IMG/VR virus record: IMGVR_UViG_3300026488_000022
Coordinates: 16,615-80,614 of that record
Strand: one strand, 5' to 3'
Length of the DNA stretch: 64,000 nucleotides
Source of the DNA: a virus
Under the pieces are notes generated by a model. The model saw only the letters and a list, made by a program, of their open reading frames with translations, had not been told where the DNA came from and ran no database searches. The translations under genes and the position numbers were made by a program. Shown piece after piece: positions 28,196 through 37,634 of this stretch (position 1 is its first letter; each line of letters begins with the position of its first letter).

Positions 28196-28507
28196 TCATT
28201 TTATTTTCAATTTTTTTATAATTTCTGTTTCTATTAAATATAAAAAATTAGCTCCTTTGTGAGCCATAACACCGCCTATTGCACTTGCTCCATAAACGCT
28301 TATATCCATTAAATCATAAGCAAGAATAAAACCTATTAAACCTAAAAAACTTGCATAAAATAAATCTAAAAAATATAAAAAAATTTTAGATTTTAATGAT
28401 TTATTTTGTAAATCTCTTTGTGTAAAATTAATAGACGTAGCCCAAATAATAAAACCCATTAATAAAATATATGCTTTTATAGAAATTTCATCCCACTTAT
28501 TTTTCAT
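28196..28507 (-). CDS. Holin (3 TM)
   Basis: 103 aa with three hydrophobic helices, AIGGVMAHKG motif and basic C-terminus. Confidence 0.65.
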   Translation of the reverse strand: MKNKWDEISIKAYILLMGFIIWATSINFTQRDLQNKSLKSKIFLYFLDLFYASFLGLIGFILAYDLMDISVYGASAIGGVMAHKGANFLYLIETEIIKKLKIK

Positions 28508-28540
28508 CTTTTAAAACCTTTATATTTTAATGTTATTAAA

Positions 28541-28548
28541 TATATCAG
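28541..28548 (-). promoter_or_regulatory. Putative late promoter (CTGATATA)
   Basis: 34 bp upstream of the holin ATG. Confidence 0.7.
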
Positions 28549-28707
28549 TATAAAAATAAAAGTAAAATTTAATTTAAAAAACTCTATTATAATATATAAA
28601 AACTTTAAGGGTTTGGACACTTTGGACAGTAACAAAAAGCCCTAAAATTCGGACTTTGTTGATAACGTAAATTAAATTTTAGTTGTTTTTTGTTAATTTC
28701 GGCGGTA
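28541..28707 (+). repeat. Dispersed cassette repeat, copy G (core, degenerate right end, no cargo)
   Basis: Core intact to ~28657. A remnant atttcggcggt at ~28697-28707 lies inside the 3' end of the next ORF. Confidence 0.9.
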
Positions 28708-29074
28708 TAGAAGTTTTTATTATTTGAGGCAATTTATATTTAAAAAAATGATAAAATTTAACTGCATAATAAAAAAGATAACTTGTAAATTTTCCTACTT
28801 TTAAATCTAATAAGCAATTTAAGAAACATTTATCAGCCTTATCGTAGAGTTCTAAATTACAAAGATAATCGTGTAAAATAGCACAAGGTAAATAATCAGG
28901 TCTATATTTTGTATAGTTAAAAAGATATGCTATAAAAGGCACACTTGCTCCATCACTTTTAAAACCTTTTGGAATTTTTATGCTCTTATAATAAAAAGGT
29001 TTGACAACCTTAAATTTGTTATTTTTTAAAGGTTGTAACCAAACATCGCTATATTTTAACATTTTTAATTCCAA
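28679..29074 (-). CDS. DUF1353-family protein
   Basis: IPKGFKSDGASVP...AILHDYLC...KADKCF motif. Confidence 0.8.
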   Translation of the reverse strand: MELKMLKYSDVWLQPLKNNKFKVVKPFYYKSIKIPKGFKSDGASVPFIAYLFNYTKYRPDYLPCAILHDYLCNLELYDKADKCFLNCLLDLKVGKFTSYLFYYAVKFYHFFKYKLPQIIKTSIPPKLTKNN

Positions 29075-29580
29075 GAAATATTTATTACTTCTTTAATAGA
29101 AGTAGCATTATAAATTGCTTTTCTTAAGCTGACTTTTTTACTCCATAAAGTTGAATAATTTATACCAAGTTCTGTTAGCATTTTTTTGACTTCAGCAAGT
29201 TCAAGTTCGTGGTCCTGATTATAATAATCACCAACCAACATTGTACTCATACCTAATGTTTCAGCAAGTTCAATTCCCGCTTTTAATTTTTGTATATCTA
29301 AAAAGTCGCAATCCATAGTTATACCATTAGAGCATTTATAACCATTTTTAATATGAAAATTAAAAGCTTTTTTAATTTCTTCAATTTTTAAATCTTTAGC
29401 TTTTTCTAATATTAATTCTTCATCAGGAATAATATTTCCGTTTTCATCTAATTTATAAAACGGATATAATGCTTGTGGTAAATTATCAGTGACTAAAAAA
29501 TTTTCTTTATTAATATAATCTTCTTCGTTTGATACTTCAACAGGAATTAACCTTTTTTCATCATTTATAAAAAATACCAT
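29065..29580 (-). CDS. Tail fibre assembly protein (DUF4376-like)
   Basis: AKDLKIEEIK...IYNATSIKEVINISW, follows the fibre genes. Confidence 0.65.
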   Translation of the reverse strand: MVFFINDEKRLIPVEVSNEEDYINKENFLVTDNLPQALYPFYKLDENGNIIPDEELILEKAKDLKIEEIKKAFNFHIKNGYKCSNGITMDCDFLDIQKLKAGIELAETLGMSTMLVGDYYNQDHELELAEVKKMLTELGINYSTLWSKKVSLRKAIYNATSIKEVINISWN

Positions 29581-29581
29581 T

Positions 29582-30556
29582 TTACTCTCCTTGAATTAAA
29601 TATAAAATTTTAACTTCATCATCATTTAAATTTCTTGTGAATATCCTAACATCATCAATTGTTCCGCTTTGTCTATAACCCGCATTTCTGCCCCAACCAA
29701 ACAAATATAAAGTATCGTTAAAAACCATACTATATCTGTTAATTGTGCCACAGTTTTGAGCTAAGTTTTGCTTTTCACCGTTAAGGTAAATATCGCCATA
29801 TTCTCCCTTTCTAAAATTAACTGATAAATGCACCCACTGATTTTTATATTTTAAAAAATTAAAACCAAAATTATCGCTATTAGCAGTATTAAAACCAAGT
29901 TTTCCATTTCTGCAAATATAAATATCACATTCTTTAAAACCAAATGGCATAGTATAATCCCTGCCATTCCATTTAAACCACATTGAAATATTTAACTCTT
30001 CTGTATTTACATTAAAAGGTAAATTTTTTATTTGAATTTGTCCCCAATCAGAATAAACAGCTAAATTTTCTTTACCTTCAACGTATCTTATGCCTCCTAC
30101 TATTGTTCCTCTATATTTTCCGCTAACATCAAGGACATTTCTATTAAATTTAAACAAAGCAATACCACTACCATCGCCAAAAACATCAACTTTTTCAAAA
30201 GGCGGAACATTCATAATTGTTGTTCCTTTATTTCCTACCCAAATGTTATCATTATTATCATTTTTAACACATTCAAACATTTCTGAAGTTTGAATATTAT
30301 ACCATTTAAAACCTTTAAAAGCCGGGTTAAAATTAACAGTAGGATTTTCTAAACTTATAATGTTAGCTATATTTTTAGTAATTTTATCTACTACTTTTAG
30401 TTTGCCGTTATTTATTAAATCTCTTGCTTTTTGGTTTTTTACATCTTCTTTTAAATAACATTTATAAACAACATTTTGACGTTCGATATTTAAAATTACA
30501 ATTAAATCATCTTTTTTTCCGGTTATTAAACTATCTAAATTTTCTATATAAAACAT
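29582..30556 (-). CDS. LamG/concanavalin-like domain tail fibre/RBP
   Basis: ISMWFKW, NQWVHL, IYLNGE and GTIDDVRIFTRNLNDDEV LamG motifs. Confidence 0.8.
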   Translation of the reverse strand: MFYIENLDSLITGKKDDLIVILNIERQNVVYKCYLKEDVKNQKARDLINNGKLKVVDKITKNIANIISLENPTVNFNPAFKGFKWYNIQTSEMFECVKNDNNDNIWVGNKGTTIMNVPPFEKVDVFGDGSGIALFKFNRNVLDVSGKYRGTIVGGIRYVEGKENLAVYSDWGQIQIKNLPFNVNTEELNISMWFKWNGRDYTMPFGFKECDIYICRNGKLGFNTANSDNFGFNFLKYKNQWVHLSVNFRKGEYGDIYLNGEKQNLAQNCGTINRYSMVFNDTLYLFGWGRNAGYRQSGTIDDVRIFTRNLNDDEVKILYLIQGE

Positions 30557-30570
30557 AAAAACTCCTTATT

Positions 30571-32133
30571 TTAATTAATTTGATATCCCCAAAGTTCGTC
30601 TTTATAAACATTACCATTACCATCTGCCCAATAAACAACGAAGCTTGAATTGTCATTTTCTTTAATCCCCCCTAAAACAAAAGTAGGTTTGTCTAACGGC
30701 TCTAATAATGCCACTGCATTATCATCATTTGCAATAAAATTAATAAACATCATCGCACGTCTTGTATCGTTGGCTTCTCCGTCATTATTAATTAATTTTA
30801 GTCCGTTAGGTAAGTTATAAAATTTAATACTATCTTCATCACAATCAACTTCCATTCTTGTTGCATTATCTATGCTTGTGTATTTTGAGCTTGTAGCTCT
30901 AATATGCAAATGTTTTTTGTTATTTGAATTGTTATACCAATCAATCCTTGCTTGTGCCGGATAAGCAGTACCTAAACCAAAATTATAACCTACCCAATTA
31001 TCAGCACTTGTTGTGTCTTTATAAGCAAGATAAGTGCCACTATCTCCAGCTACAACATCATAAACGTTAATATTTGAACTTGTAACATCTACACCTAAAC
31101 CAAGTGTTCCTGTTGTCCAATTATATTTTAAACTTTTTCCTAAAGTTGAACTTGCATTGTAATTGTCGTTTTGACTTATAACAACATCGTAATTTACATA
31201 ATCATTAGTTTTAACAGCTAATGCCTTCCATTCGTTTGAGTTACCTTTTCTTCTAACTATAATTTCTTCAGCGGAATTATCGTAAATTAACTGCCCACCT
31301 TTTGGGTATTCGTTAATATCATTTTTCCAATCTTCAATTTTTTGATAAACAACATCGTGTGAATTTGCAGGTAAATAAACCCAGCTATCACTCCATAAAA
31401 CAAAACCTGAATATTTAATTTCTTTATTACCAACTAACGAAGTTTTACCTTTAAACCAACCAAAATGTCCATTTGAATTATAAATAGCAAGGTTTTGATT
31501 TTCATAATCAATCCAATAATAACCATCTTCGGGTGTTCCTTGTCCTGTGGCTGGGTATCCTGTGACATAATTAAAGCGATTATCCATAGAACGATTAAAA
31601 TCCCAACCAAAACCATCACGTGCTTTAATTGCATTTGAACGACCACAATATAGATTGTAATTATTTGTATTTCCATCAATAGAAATACCAGCACCAATGA
31701 CACCATATTGATTAACAGCAAATTGAACTTGTGAGGTATAAGCTTGTATAATTTTTTCGCTATGTGTAAAAATTCTCAATGGTGTAACACCATTATTATC
31801 AACAGTTGTATCAATATTTAGTGCTGAATTTGTACCTTGTGGGTTATGTTGTAAATATGGACTTGTTACAGCTTTGTCTCCGTTAATTTTATATAAAAAC
31901 TTTCCATTTTCACCTTCAATTGTTGTTCCGTATTTTATTTTTAAAAGTTGTCCATTATCAATTGCGTCTGTTACACTTACTCCAACAACATCATTTGGAT
32001 TAGCTACTAAAACATAATATTCAAAAATATCTTGGTCTGTTTGGATTTTTAAAATTTCACCTTTTCTAAACTTATTAAGCCCTGTAAATTGAATATCAAC
32101 TACTGCAAAATTACTATGGGTGCTTATAGACAT
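30571..32133 (-). CDS. Putative tail fibre / structural protein
   Basis: 520 aa N/G/D-rich beta protein in the fibre cluster. Confidence 0.55.
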   Translation of the reverse strand: MSISTHSNFAVVDIQFTGLNKFRKGEILKIQTDQDIFEYYVLVANPNDVVGVSVTDAIDNGQLLKIKYGTTIEGENGKFLYKINGDKAVTSPYLQHNPQGTNSALNIDTTVDNNGVTPLRIFTHSEKIIQAYTSQVQFAVNQYGVIGAGISIDGNTNNYNLYCGRSNAIKARDGFGWDFNRSMDNRFNYVTGYPATGQGTPEDGYYWIDYENQNLAIYNSNGHFGWFKGKTSLVGNKEIKYSGFVLWSDSWVYLPANSHDVVYQKIEDWKNDINEYPKGGQLIYDNSAEEIIVRRKGNSNEWKALAVKTNDYVNYDVVISQNDNYNASSTLGKSLKYNWTTGTLGLGVDVTSSNINVYDVVAGDSGTYLAYKDTTSADNWVGYNFGLGTAYPAQARIDWYNNSNNKKHLHIRATSSKYTSIDNATRMEVDCDEDSIKFYNLPNGLKLINNDGEANDTRRAMMFINFIANDDNAVALLEPLDKPTFVLGGIKENDNSSFVVYWADGNGNVYKDELWGYQIN

Positions 32134-32162
32134 TTTGTCTCCTTATATTGCTACTTTAAACA

Positions 32163-32170
32163 TATATCAG
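32163..32170 (-). promoter_or_regulatory. Putative late promoter (CTGATATA)
   Basis: 30 bp upstream of the ATG at 32133. Confidence 0.7.
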
Positions 32171-32192
32171 TTTAATATATAAGCTATAATAA

Positions 32193-32374
32193 TTATAAAA
32201 TGTTCTTGACCGCCGAAATGCTATTTTTCATTGTTTGTAGATAATTATAGTTTGTTAAAAGTCCGAATTTTAGGGCTTTCTGCTACTGTCCAAAGTGTCC
32301 AAACCCTTAAAGTTATAATATATTATAATAGAGCTTTTAAAACAAAATTTTATTTCTATCTTTACTTTTATTTT
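32193..32374 (-). repeat. Dispersed cassette repeat, copy H (inverted), upstream of the Rep-like gene
   Basis: Reverse complement of the core: tcttgaccgccgaaatg...gtccgaattttagggctttctgctactgtccaaagtgtccaaacccttaaagtt...tattataatagagctttt. Confidence 0.92.
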
Positions 32375-32389
32375 GCTTTTTGTTATAAT
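32361..32389 (+). promoter_or_regulatory. Sigma70-type promoter for the Rep-like operon
   Basis: TTTACT-17-TATAAT with extended -10 TG. Confidence 0.55.
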
Positions 32390-32427
32390 CTTTTAAAGAT
32401 TTATAATTTATAAAAAGGAGTTGTAGA

Positions 32428-34314
32428 ATGATGAATGTAAGAAAAGAGAAAAGTAGAATTTTAACAGGAAATGATGTGATGAAAGAAAAAAAAGAAAAAA
32501 TTTTTAAAGAAAAAACTTTAGAAATTTTATTTGTTAGAAAAACAAAAAAAGGAGAAATTTTAGCAACCCGACCGGATAAATTTGAAGATTTAATTGGGTT
32601 GCTAAAGAATTATACTATATTTATATATACTTTGTCAATACAAAAAGGACAATTTTTATCTATTTTTAATAATATTTTATTTTTATTAGATAGAGCTGAT
32701 AAAAATGATGTTTTTATCAAAAATTTTAAACATTTAATTTATGATTGGGCAACTAATAAAATTACAACAGACGAAATTGCAGATAATTTTATTTCTTTTT
32801 ATGAAGCCTTAACAGCTAATCATTTTGAAAGTAAAGGTTTTAGTTTTGTTGCTAATCCTTATAAAGTAACACAATATGATAAAGCAAGACCTAATACTAA
32901 AAATGGAAAGTTTTATAATATTTATAGAAAAGGTTATGAAGAAAATTTAGGTCTTGCTTTTGATAATGAAGTTTCTCTTGTTACTGCTTATTTCAAAATG
33001 CTTATAAATCCTCATTGTGCGTTTTATATTCCTAATAATAAATATTCTAAAAATTCTTTAAGATTTGATATTGATGATAAAAGTTTAAGTTTAGAAGAAA
33101 TAACTTTATTAAGCAAGGCAACTATGAATGCTTTAAGTTTTAACGGACAAGTAGTAGTTTTAGAAACTACAAAAGGTTATCAAATTAGTATTTATATTCC
33201 TGTATTTTTTGTTAAAACATTTTTTGATAAAGATGATTATGTAGTTAGTGAAATTTTTGGTAAAAAAAGAAAAGTTACAAAAGCATTTTACGCTTATCAA
33301 TTTGTAGTTAAAAAATTTATTGAAAAATTTGAATTTTTAGCAAATGAATTATATGAAGTTAAATTAAAAATTGATAAATTTGCAGTCGAACAAGAAAAAG
33401 CAAGAATTTGGAGGAATTTTCAAGCTCATAATTATAATACATTTTCAATAACTGAAAATGATAGGACTACTATTTTTGATTTAGCTGGGGAATTTGAAAA
33501 AGAAGAAGAAAAAAAAGAAATAGTTAATTTATTTGAAGCTAAAACAATGAGTTATGCGGGTTTTAAACAAAAATTTTATAATGTTTATAAATTTTCTAAA
33601 AAATATAAAGTAAATTTACCAGCTGTTAATTTAGAAATGGTAGGTAAATTTAGTGAAAATGCTGAAATGTTTTGGCTAACTAAAGCTTTAACTCATAAAT
33701 TTATTATAAATTATAATCATTTATCAAATTTTAATATGCTTTTATTAGAGCTTTTCACTGCTATTGAAAATGATTTAATGTTTGTTTATGGTAATGAAAA
33801 TGTTAAAGATGTTGTTTGGGATGTTTATGATTTTTATTTAGAAAATATGACAAAATACTTAAATGGACAAAAAATAGCAAGAAGTAAAACATTTAAAAAA
33901 ATTACTGAAAGTTTAAAAGTAATTAAAAATGCTCCAGAAAATAAAAAAGAAAAGTTACAACAAGTTAAAATTGAAGTAGAAAAATTTGTAAATAATAAAG
34001 AAGATAAATTATCAGTTAGAAAATTAGCTGATTTAGTAAAAAATGTAGGGCTTGATTTTTCAAAATCTACAATCCATAATTACATTAAAAATGAAAATAT
34101 GGATATTTTAGTAGAAATAATCGATATTTTATTAGAATATGTTATTATTTTAATGAACGGCAATAAACAAGAACAAGAAAAAGCAATTTTATTATTAAAA
34201 ATTGCTGATGAATTTCAAAGTGCTGTTAAGTTAATGGTAGTTATGATAAATCAAGGTTTGTTTTTACATAATGAAAAATTAAAAAATTATTTTTACTACA
34301 ATAAAAAGGAATGA
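32428..34314 (+). CDS. Rep-like protein: AEP (primase-polymerase)-type domain plus C-terminal HTH
   Basis: LRFDIDD (hhhDxD) and VLETTKGYQI motifs as in plasmid RepE/RepS-type initiators. HTH LSVRKLADLV..FSKSTIHNYIK. Confidence 0.5.
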   Translation: MMNVRKEKSRILTGNDVMKEKKEKIFKEKTLEILFVRKTKKGEILATRPDKFEDLIGLLKNYTIFIYTLSIQKGQFLSIFNNILFLLDRADKNDVFIKNFKHLIYDWATNKITTDEIADNFISFYEALTANHFESKGFSFVANPYKVTQYDKARPNTKNGKFYNIYRKGYEENLGLAFDNEVSLVTAYFKMLINPHCAFYIPNNKYSKNSLRFDIDDKSLSLEEITLLSKATMNALSFNGQVVVLETTKGYQISIYIPVFFVKTFFDKDDYVVSEIFGKKRKVTKAFYAYQFVVKKFIEKFEFLANELYEVKLKIDKFAVEQEKARIWRNFQAHNYNTFSITENDRTTIFDLAGEFEKEEEKKEIVNLFEAKTMSYAGFKQKFYNVYKFSKKYKVNLPAVNLEMVGKFSENAEMFWLTKALTHKFIINYNHLSNFNMLLLELFTAIENDLMFVYGNENVKDVVWDVYDFYLENMTKYLNGQKIARSKTFKKITESLKVIKNAPENKKEKLQQVKIEVEKFVNNKEDKLSVRKLADLVKNVGLDFSKSTIHNYIKNENMDILVEIIDILLEYVIILMNGNKQEQEKAILLLKIADEFQSAVKLMVVMINQGLFLHNEKLKNYFYYNKKE

Positions 34315-34562
34315 AAATGCAAATAACTAAAACAAATCTTTTAAATCTTATTACAAATGACCCGATAATTTCAAAACTCTGGGAGGAAGGGTTAGCGTGG
34401 TTTGATTATTATAAAGAAAGAAAAGAAGAAAATGGTATGAGTTATGAAAAATATATGGTATATATGGATTTACGTCAAAAATGTATAGAGTTAAAAAAAG
34501 AAAATTTAGATAAAAGAGAAGAGAAAATTATAAAAGATTTTGTTGATTTTTATTTTAATTAA
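34311..34562 (+). CDS. Hypothetical protein
   Basis: Coupled ORF. Confidence 0.6.
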   Translation: MKMQITKTNLLNLITNDPIISKLWEEGLAWFDYYKERKEENGMSYEKYMVYMDLRQKCIELKKENLDKREEKIIKDFVDFYFN

Positions 34563-34574
34563 AAAGGAAAAATT

Positions 34575-35048
34575 ATGGAATTAATAAAAGCAGATTGGTC
34601 ATTTGGTTTAAAAAATTTAAAATCACAAAATATCTCACTTACTAAAAAGCAATACGATGTTATTACACCTATTGTATTGCCTTCAAGAAATTATGATGAA
34701 ATTAGAAGTGCATATGTTAAATCAGTGCAGAAATTAAGAAGGTATTATAACGCACCTGTTTTTTCTACAATGAAAATTGTGTATTTTAATAATATGAGTT
34801 GGTTTATTTATTCTAAAGCTTATTTAGAACAATGGTTAGAGTTTATGTTAAGAGAAGCAAATATCAAATTAAATGATTATATTTTTGAGCCACATAAACT
34901 ATCTGAAAAAGTAATTAAAAAGGAAATTAAGTTTTTTATAAAACCAAAAGAAAAAGCACAATTTGATTTAGTTAAAATTTTTTATAAAGATAAAGCTATC
35001 GGATATAAAGTTGAAAACGAAGTTTTAAAATATAAGGAGATAAAATAA
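34575..35048 (+). CDS. Hypothetical protein
   Basis: ORF with AAGGA RBS. Confidence 0.65.
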   Translation: MELIKADWSFGLKNLKSQNISLTKKQYDVITPIVLPSRNYDEIRSAYVKSVQKLRRYYNAPVFSTMKIVYFNNMSWFIYSKAYLEQWLEFMLREANIKLNDYIFEPHKLSEKVIKKEIKFFIKPKEKAQFDLVKIFYKDKAIGYKVENEVLKYKEIK

Positions 35049-35284
35049 TGTTATACAGAAAGGTTACTTTTGAAAGGTTAAAATTTTTATTAGAAAATTT
35101 AAATAAAAATGTTGAGGTTGTTGCTTATGTTTATGAGGATAATTGTAAAGTTGTTTTAAAAATAGGTAGTATTTTTTATGAAATAAAAGAAAAAAATCCA
35201 ATTTTTGTCAATAAATCGAATAAATTTTATAAAATAATAAGGTTTTTAACCGAAAAAAACATAAAAAAGATAAAAAAATGTTAA
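35048..35284 (+). CDS. Hypothetical protein
   Basis: Coupled ORF with RBS. Confidence 0.6.
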   Translation: MLYRKVTFERLKFLLENLNKNVEVVAYVYEDNCKVVLKIGSIFYEIKEKNPIFVNKSNKFYKIIRFLTEKNIKKIKKC

Positions 35285-35796
35285 AAATTTCTCCGATTTT
35301 TGCATTTTTTAAAGAAAAAAAGATAGAAAATTGGTTAAATCAACAAAAATTTAAAGAAATTGCTTTACTTTTTTATAAAATAAAGCAAAAAGAGCTTGAA
35401 AATTTAATAGCTGATTATAATGAAATAGAAATTTTAATGAGTTTTTTTAGTTATTTAAAAACTTATAACAAGTTAGATTATTTTTATGTTTTACATAAAG
35501 AAGACAAAATGTTTGGCGTTTTAAGTTTTGATATTAATGAAGGCGACTTATATTTTAAAAAAGGTAAATATATGATATTTACTCAAACCGGTGTTATTGG
35601 TGGATTAAACGAATTTTGGTTTTTGTTAAAACAATTCAAAATAAAAACCAAAGAAATTATTGAAATTGAAAAACCAGATTTTTATATTTCTTATTTAAAA
35701 AATGTAAAACATAATGATAGATTATTTAGTTGGTTTATTAAAGCATATAATTTAAAAACAAAATTACATTATAATTTAAAATTTGTAGGAGAATAA
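35278..35796 (+). CDS. Hypothetical protein
   Basis: Coupled ORF. Confidence 0.6.
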   Translation: MLKISPIFAFFKEKKIENWLNQQKFKEIALLFYKIKQKELENLIADYNEIEILMSFFSYLKTYNKLDYFYVLHKEDKMFGVLSFDINEGDLYFKKGKYMIFTQTGVIGGLNEFWFLLKQFKIKTKEIIEIEKPDFYISYLKNVKHNDRLFSWFIKAYNLKTKLHYNLKFVGE

Positions 35797-35797
35797 A

Positions 35798-36076
35798 ATG
35801 AAAACAAATTTGATTTTATCTGATAAAAAACTTGGAAAAGAAAATAATCAAAAAATTGTGGATTTAATAAGAGAACTTTATCCTTATTTATCAATAGACG
35901 CAGTAGCGAATTTAACAGGTTTATCAAGAACTAAAGTTAAAGAAATTTTAAAAGCTAATAATATTACAAAAGAAGAAGACCCGAGTTGGTATATAAATAT
36001 TCCGATTGTAATTTGGTTACCAAAAAAATTATATGATAAGATTGATATAGAAAATTTAAAATTTATTGAAAAATAG
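35798..36076 (+). CDS. HTH DNA-binding protein
   Basis: LSIDAVANLTGLSRTKVKEILK. Confidence 0.65.
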   Translation: MKTNLILSDKKLGKENNQKIVDLIRELYPYLSIDAVANLTGLSRTKVKEILKANNITKEEDPSWYINIPIVIWLPKKLYDKIDIENLKFIEK

Positions 36077-36077
36077 C

Positions 36078-36106
36078 TTGACATATACATAGACAAAAGT
36101 TATAAT
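36078..36106 (+). promoter_or_regulatory. Consensus sigma70 promoter
   Basis: TTGACA-17-TATAAT. Confidence 0.85.
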
Positions 36107-36135
36107 ATTTATACAAAAAATTTTAAGGAGAAAAA

Positions 36136-36579
36136 ATGGAAATGACAACTTCAGTTTATCTAAAACAACTGCTAACACCAGAAATTGTTTTAGCGATTTG
36201 TAATAATAAACCAACAAAAGTTAAAAATGAAATTCCGCTGTTAGCGGTTTTGACAAGAAAACTTGTTAAAGAAAAAAATTTAAAAAAAGATATAGAAAAT
36301 TTTTGTGCTGTTGTAGGTTATGTAGCATATGTTGAATTTATGTTTGTTGAGGAAGATGATTATTTTGATGTAGATATGCTTGATAATGCTTTTTATCTTT
36401 TAGTTGGTAAAATAGAAAAAGCAGGTATAGCTAAAGGTTTTATTAAACAATTTATCATAGATTGTTTTAAATCTTATTTTGGTATAAGTGATAAAACGAT
36501 TGATACACTAATATGGAAATACCAAGATAAAAAAGAAAAATTACCTCAACAAATAGGAGGAGCAAATGTTAGAGCGTAA
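36136..36579 (+). CDS. Hypothetical protein
   Basis: ORF with AAGGAG RBS. Confidence 0.7.
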   Translation: MEMTTSVYLKQLLTPEIVLAICNNKPTKVKNEIPLLAVLTRKLVKEKNLKKDIENFCAVVGYVAYVEFMFVEEDDYFDVDMLDNAFYLLVGKIEKAGIAKGFIKQFIIDCFKSYFGISDKTIDTLIWKYQDKKEKLPQQIGGANVRA

Positions 36580-36871
36580 ATTTAGTTGCTATCAAATCCA
36601 AAAAATAATGGATTTGTTTTATTTTAGAAAAGCTACAATTACAAAAATAGCAAAATATTTTAACGCAAGTTATAAAACAATTCAATATATAATCCAAGGC
36701 AAAACTTATAGGAATTGTTGGCGTTATGATAGATATGGTTGGGAGAATGAAGAAGATTTTAAAAGAGCGTATGAACATAGAAAAAAAGAAAATGTTAGGT
36801 TATATGGTAACGGGCGTAAAAGCCAAAGCATTGAAATGATGTTAAAACAATTAGAAAAGGGAAAAGTTTGA
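36566..36871 (+). CDS. HTH DNA-binding protein
   Basis: TITKIAKYFNASYKTIQYIIQGKTY. Confidence 0.6.
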   Translation: MLERKFSCYQIQKIMDLFYFRKATITKIAKYFNASYKTIQYIIQGKTYRNCWRYDRYGWENEEDFKRAYEHRKKENVRLYGNGRKSQSIEMMLKQLEKGKV

Positions 36872-37116
36872 AAATCATTTGGGTAGTAAAGTGCAAAAAG
36901 TGCAATGATGAAATTGAACGTGGTTTTTGTAAATGTGGAAATGTTGGGGTAAGGAAAAAAGGAAACCAAATTTTAGCTTTGTTTTGTGATGATTTAACAA
37001 CTTGTAATTTAAAACAAATTGTTAAAAATAAAAACTTAATAATAAAAGAAAAAAGTTGGTTTCCTTTTAGTTTTGCTAAAGTTGAAAAAATAAATATGGA
37101 GTTAGATTATGAATGA
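36868..37116 (+). CDS. Small Cys-rich (zinc) protein
   Basis: CKKCND...CKCGNV. Confidence 0.6.
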   Translation: MKIIWVVKCKKCNDEIERGFCKCGNVGVRKKGNQILALFCDDLTTCNLKQIVKNKNLIIKEKSWFPFSFAKVEKINMELDYE

Positions 37117-37195
37117 TTTAGTTTTAGGTTTAACTTTATTAAGTTTTTATGTTGGTTTATTTTATATAATTCAAGAAATTTTAAAGGAGCATTAA

Positions 37196-37450
37196 ATGAG
37201 TAAATTAAGAGAAATTTTAACACCGTTTTTAATAATTTTATTTTTAGTGATTTTTGGTTTAGCGGGGTTATTATTATATGGTGTTTTAGGGTATCTTTTA
37301 TTTTTATTTATAAATACAATATTTTATAGTGGAGAAATACTTGCAAATGCAAATTGGGAGGTAGTAGTTTTAGATTTAAAAATGGTTGTATTTTTGGGTT
37401 TAGCTGGTTTTTTGGTTTTTTTAATTGCTTATTTTGTAAATGAAAATTAA
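37196..37450 (+). CDS. Small membrane protein
   Basis: Two long hydrophobic segments. Confidence 0.65.
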   Translation: MSKLREILTPFLIILFLVIFGLAGLLLYGVLGYLLFLFINTIFYSGEILANANWEVVVLDLKMVVFLGLAGFLVFLIAYFVNEN

Positions 37451-37460
37451 AGGAGAATAA

Positions 37461-37634
37461 ATGAAAATTAGAGAAAGTTTCAATCTAAACGAAATAAAAA
37501 ATCTTGTTTTTGACGAAAAAACGAAAGCGGTTTCTTTCGTTTATAATAATAAAAAAGTAACAGGTAAATTGATTTTCTTTTATAAAGGCGAAAACATATT
37601 AGTAATTGAAAAGGAAATAAAATGGTGTGGTTAA
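37461..37634 (+). CDS. Hypothetical protein (57 aa)
   Basis: AAGGAG RBS, MKIRESFNLNEIK... Confidence 0.5.
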   Translation: MKIRESFNLNEIKNLVFDEKTKAVSFVYNNKKVTGKLIFFYKGENILVIEKEIKWCG

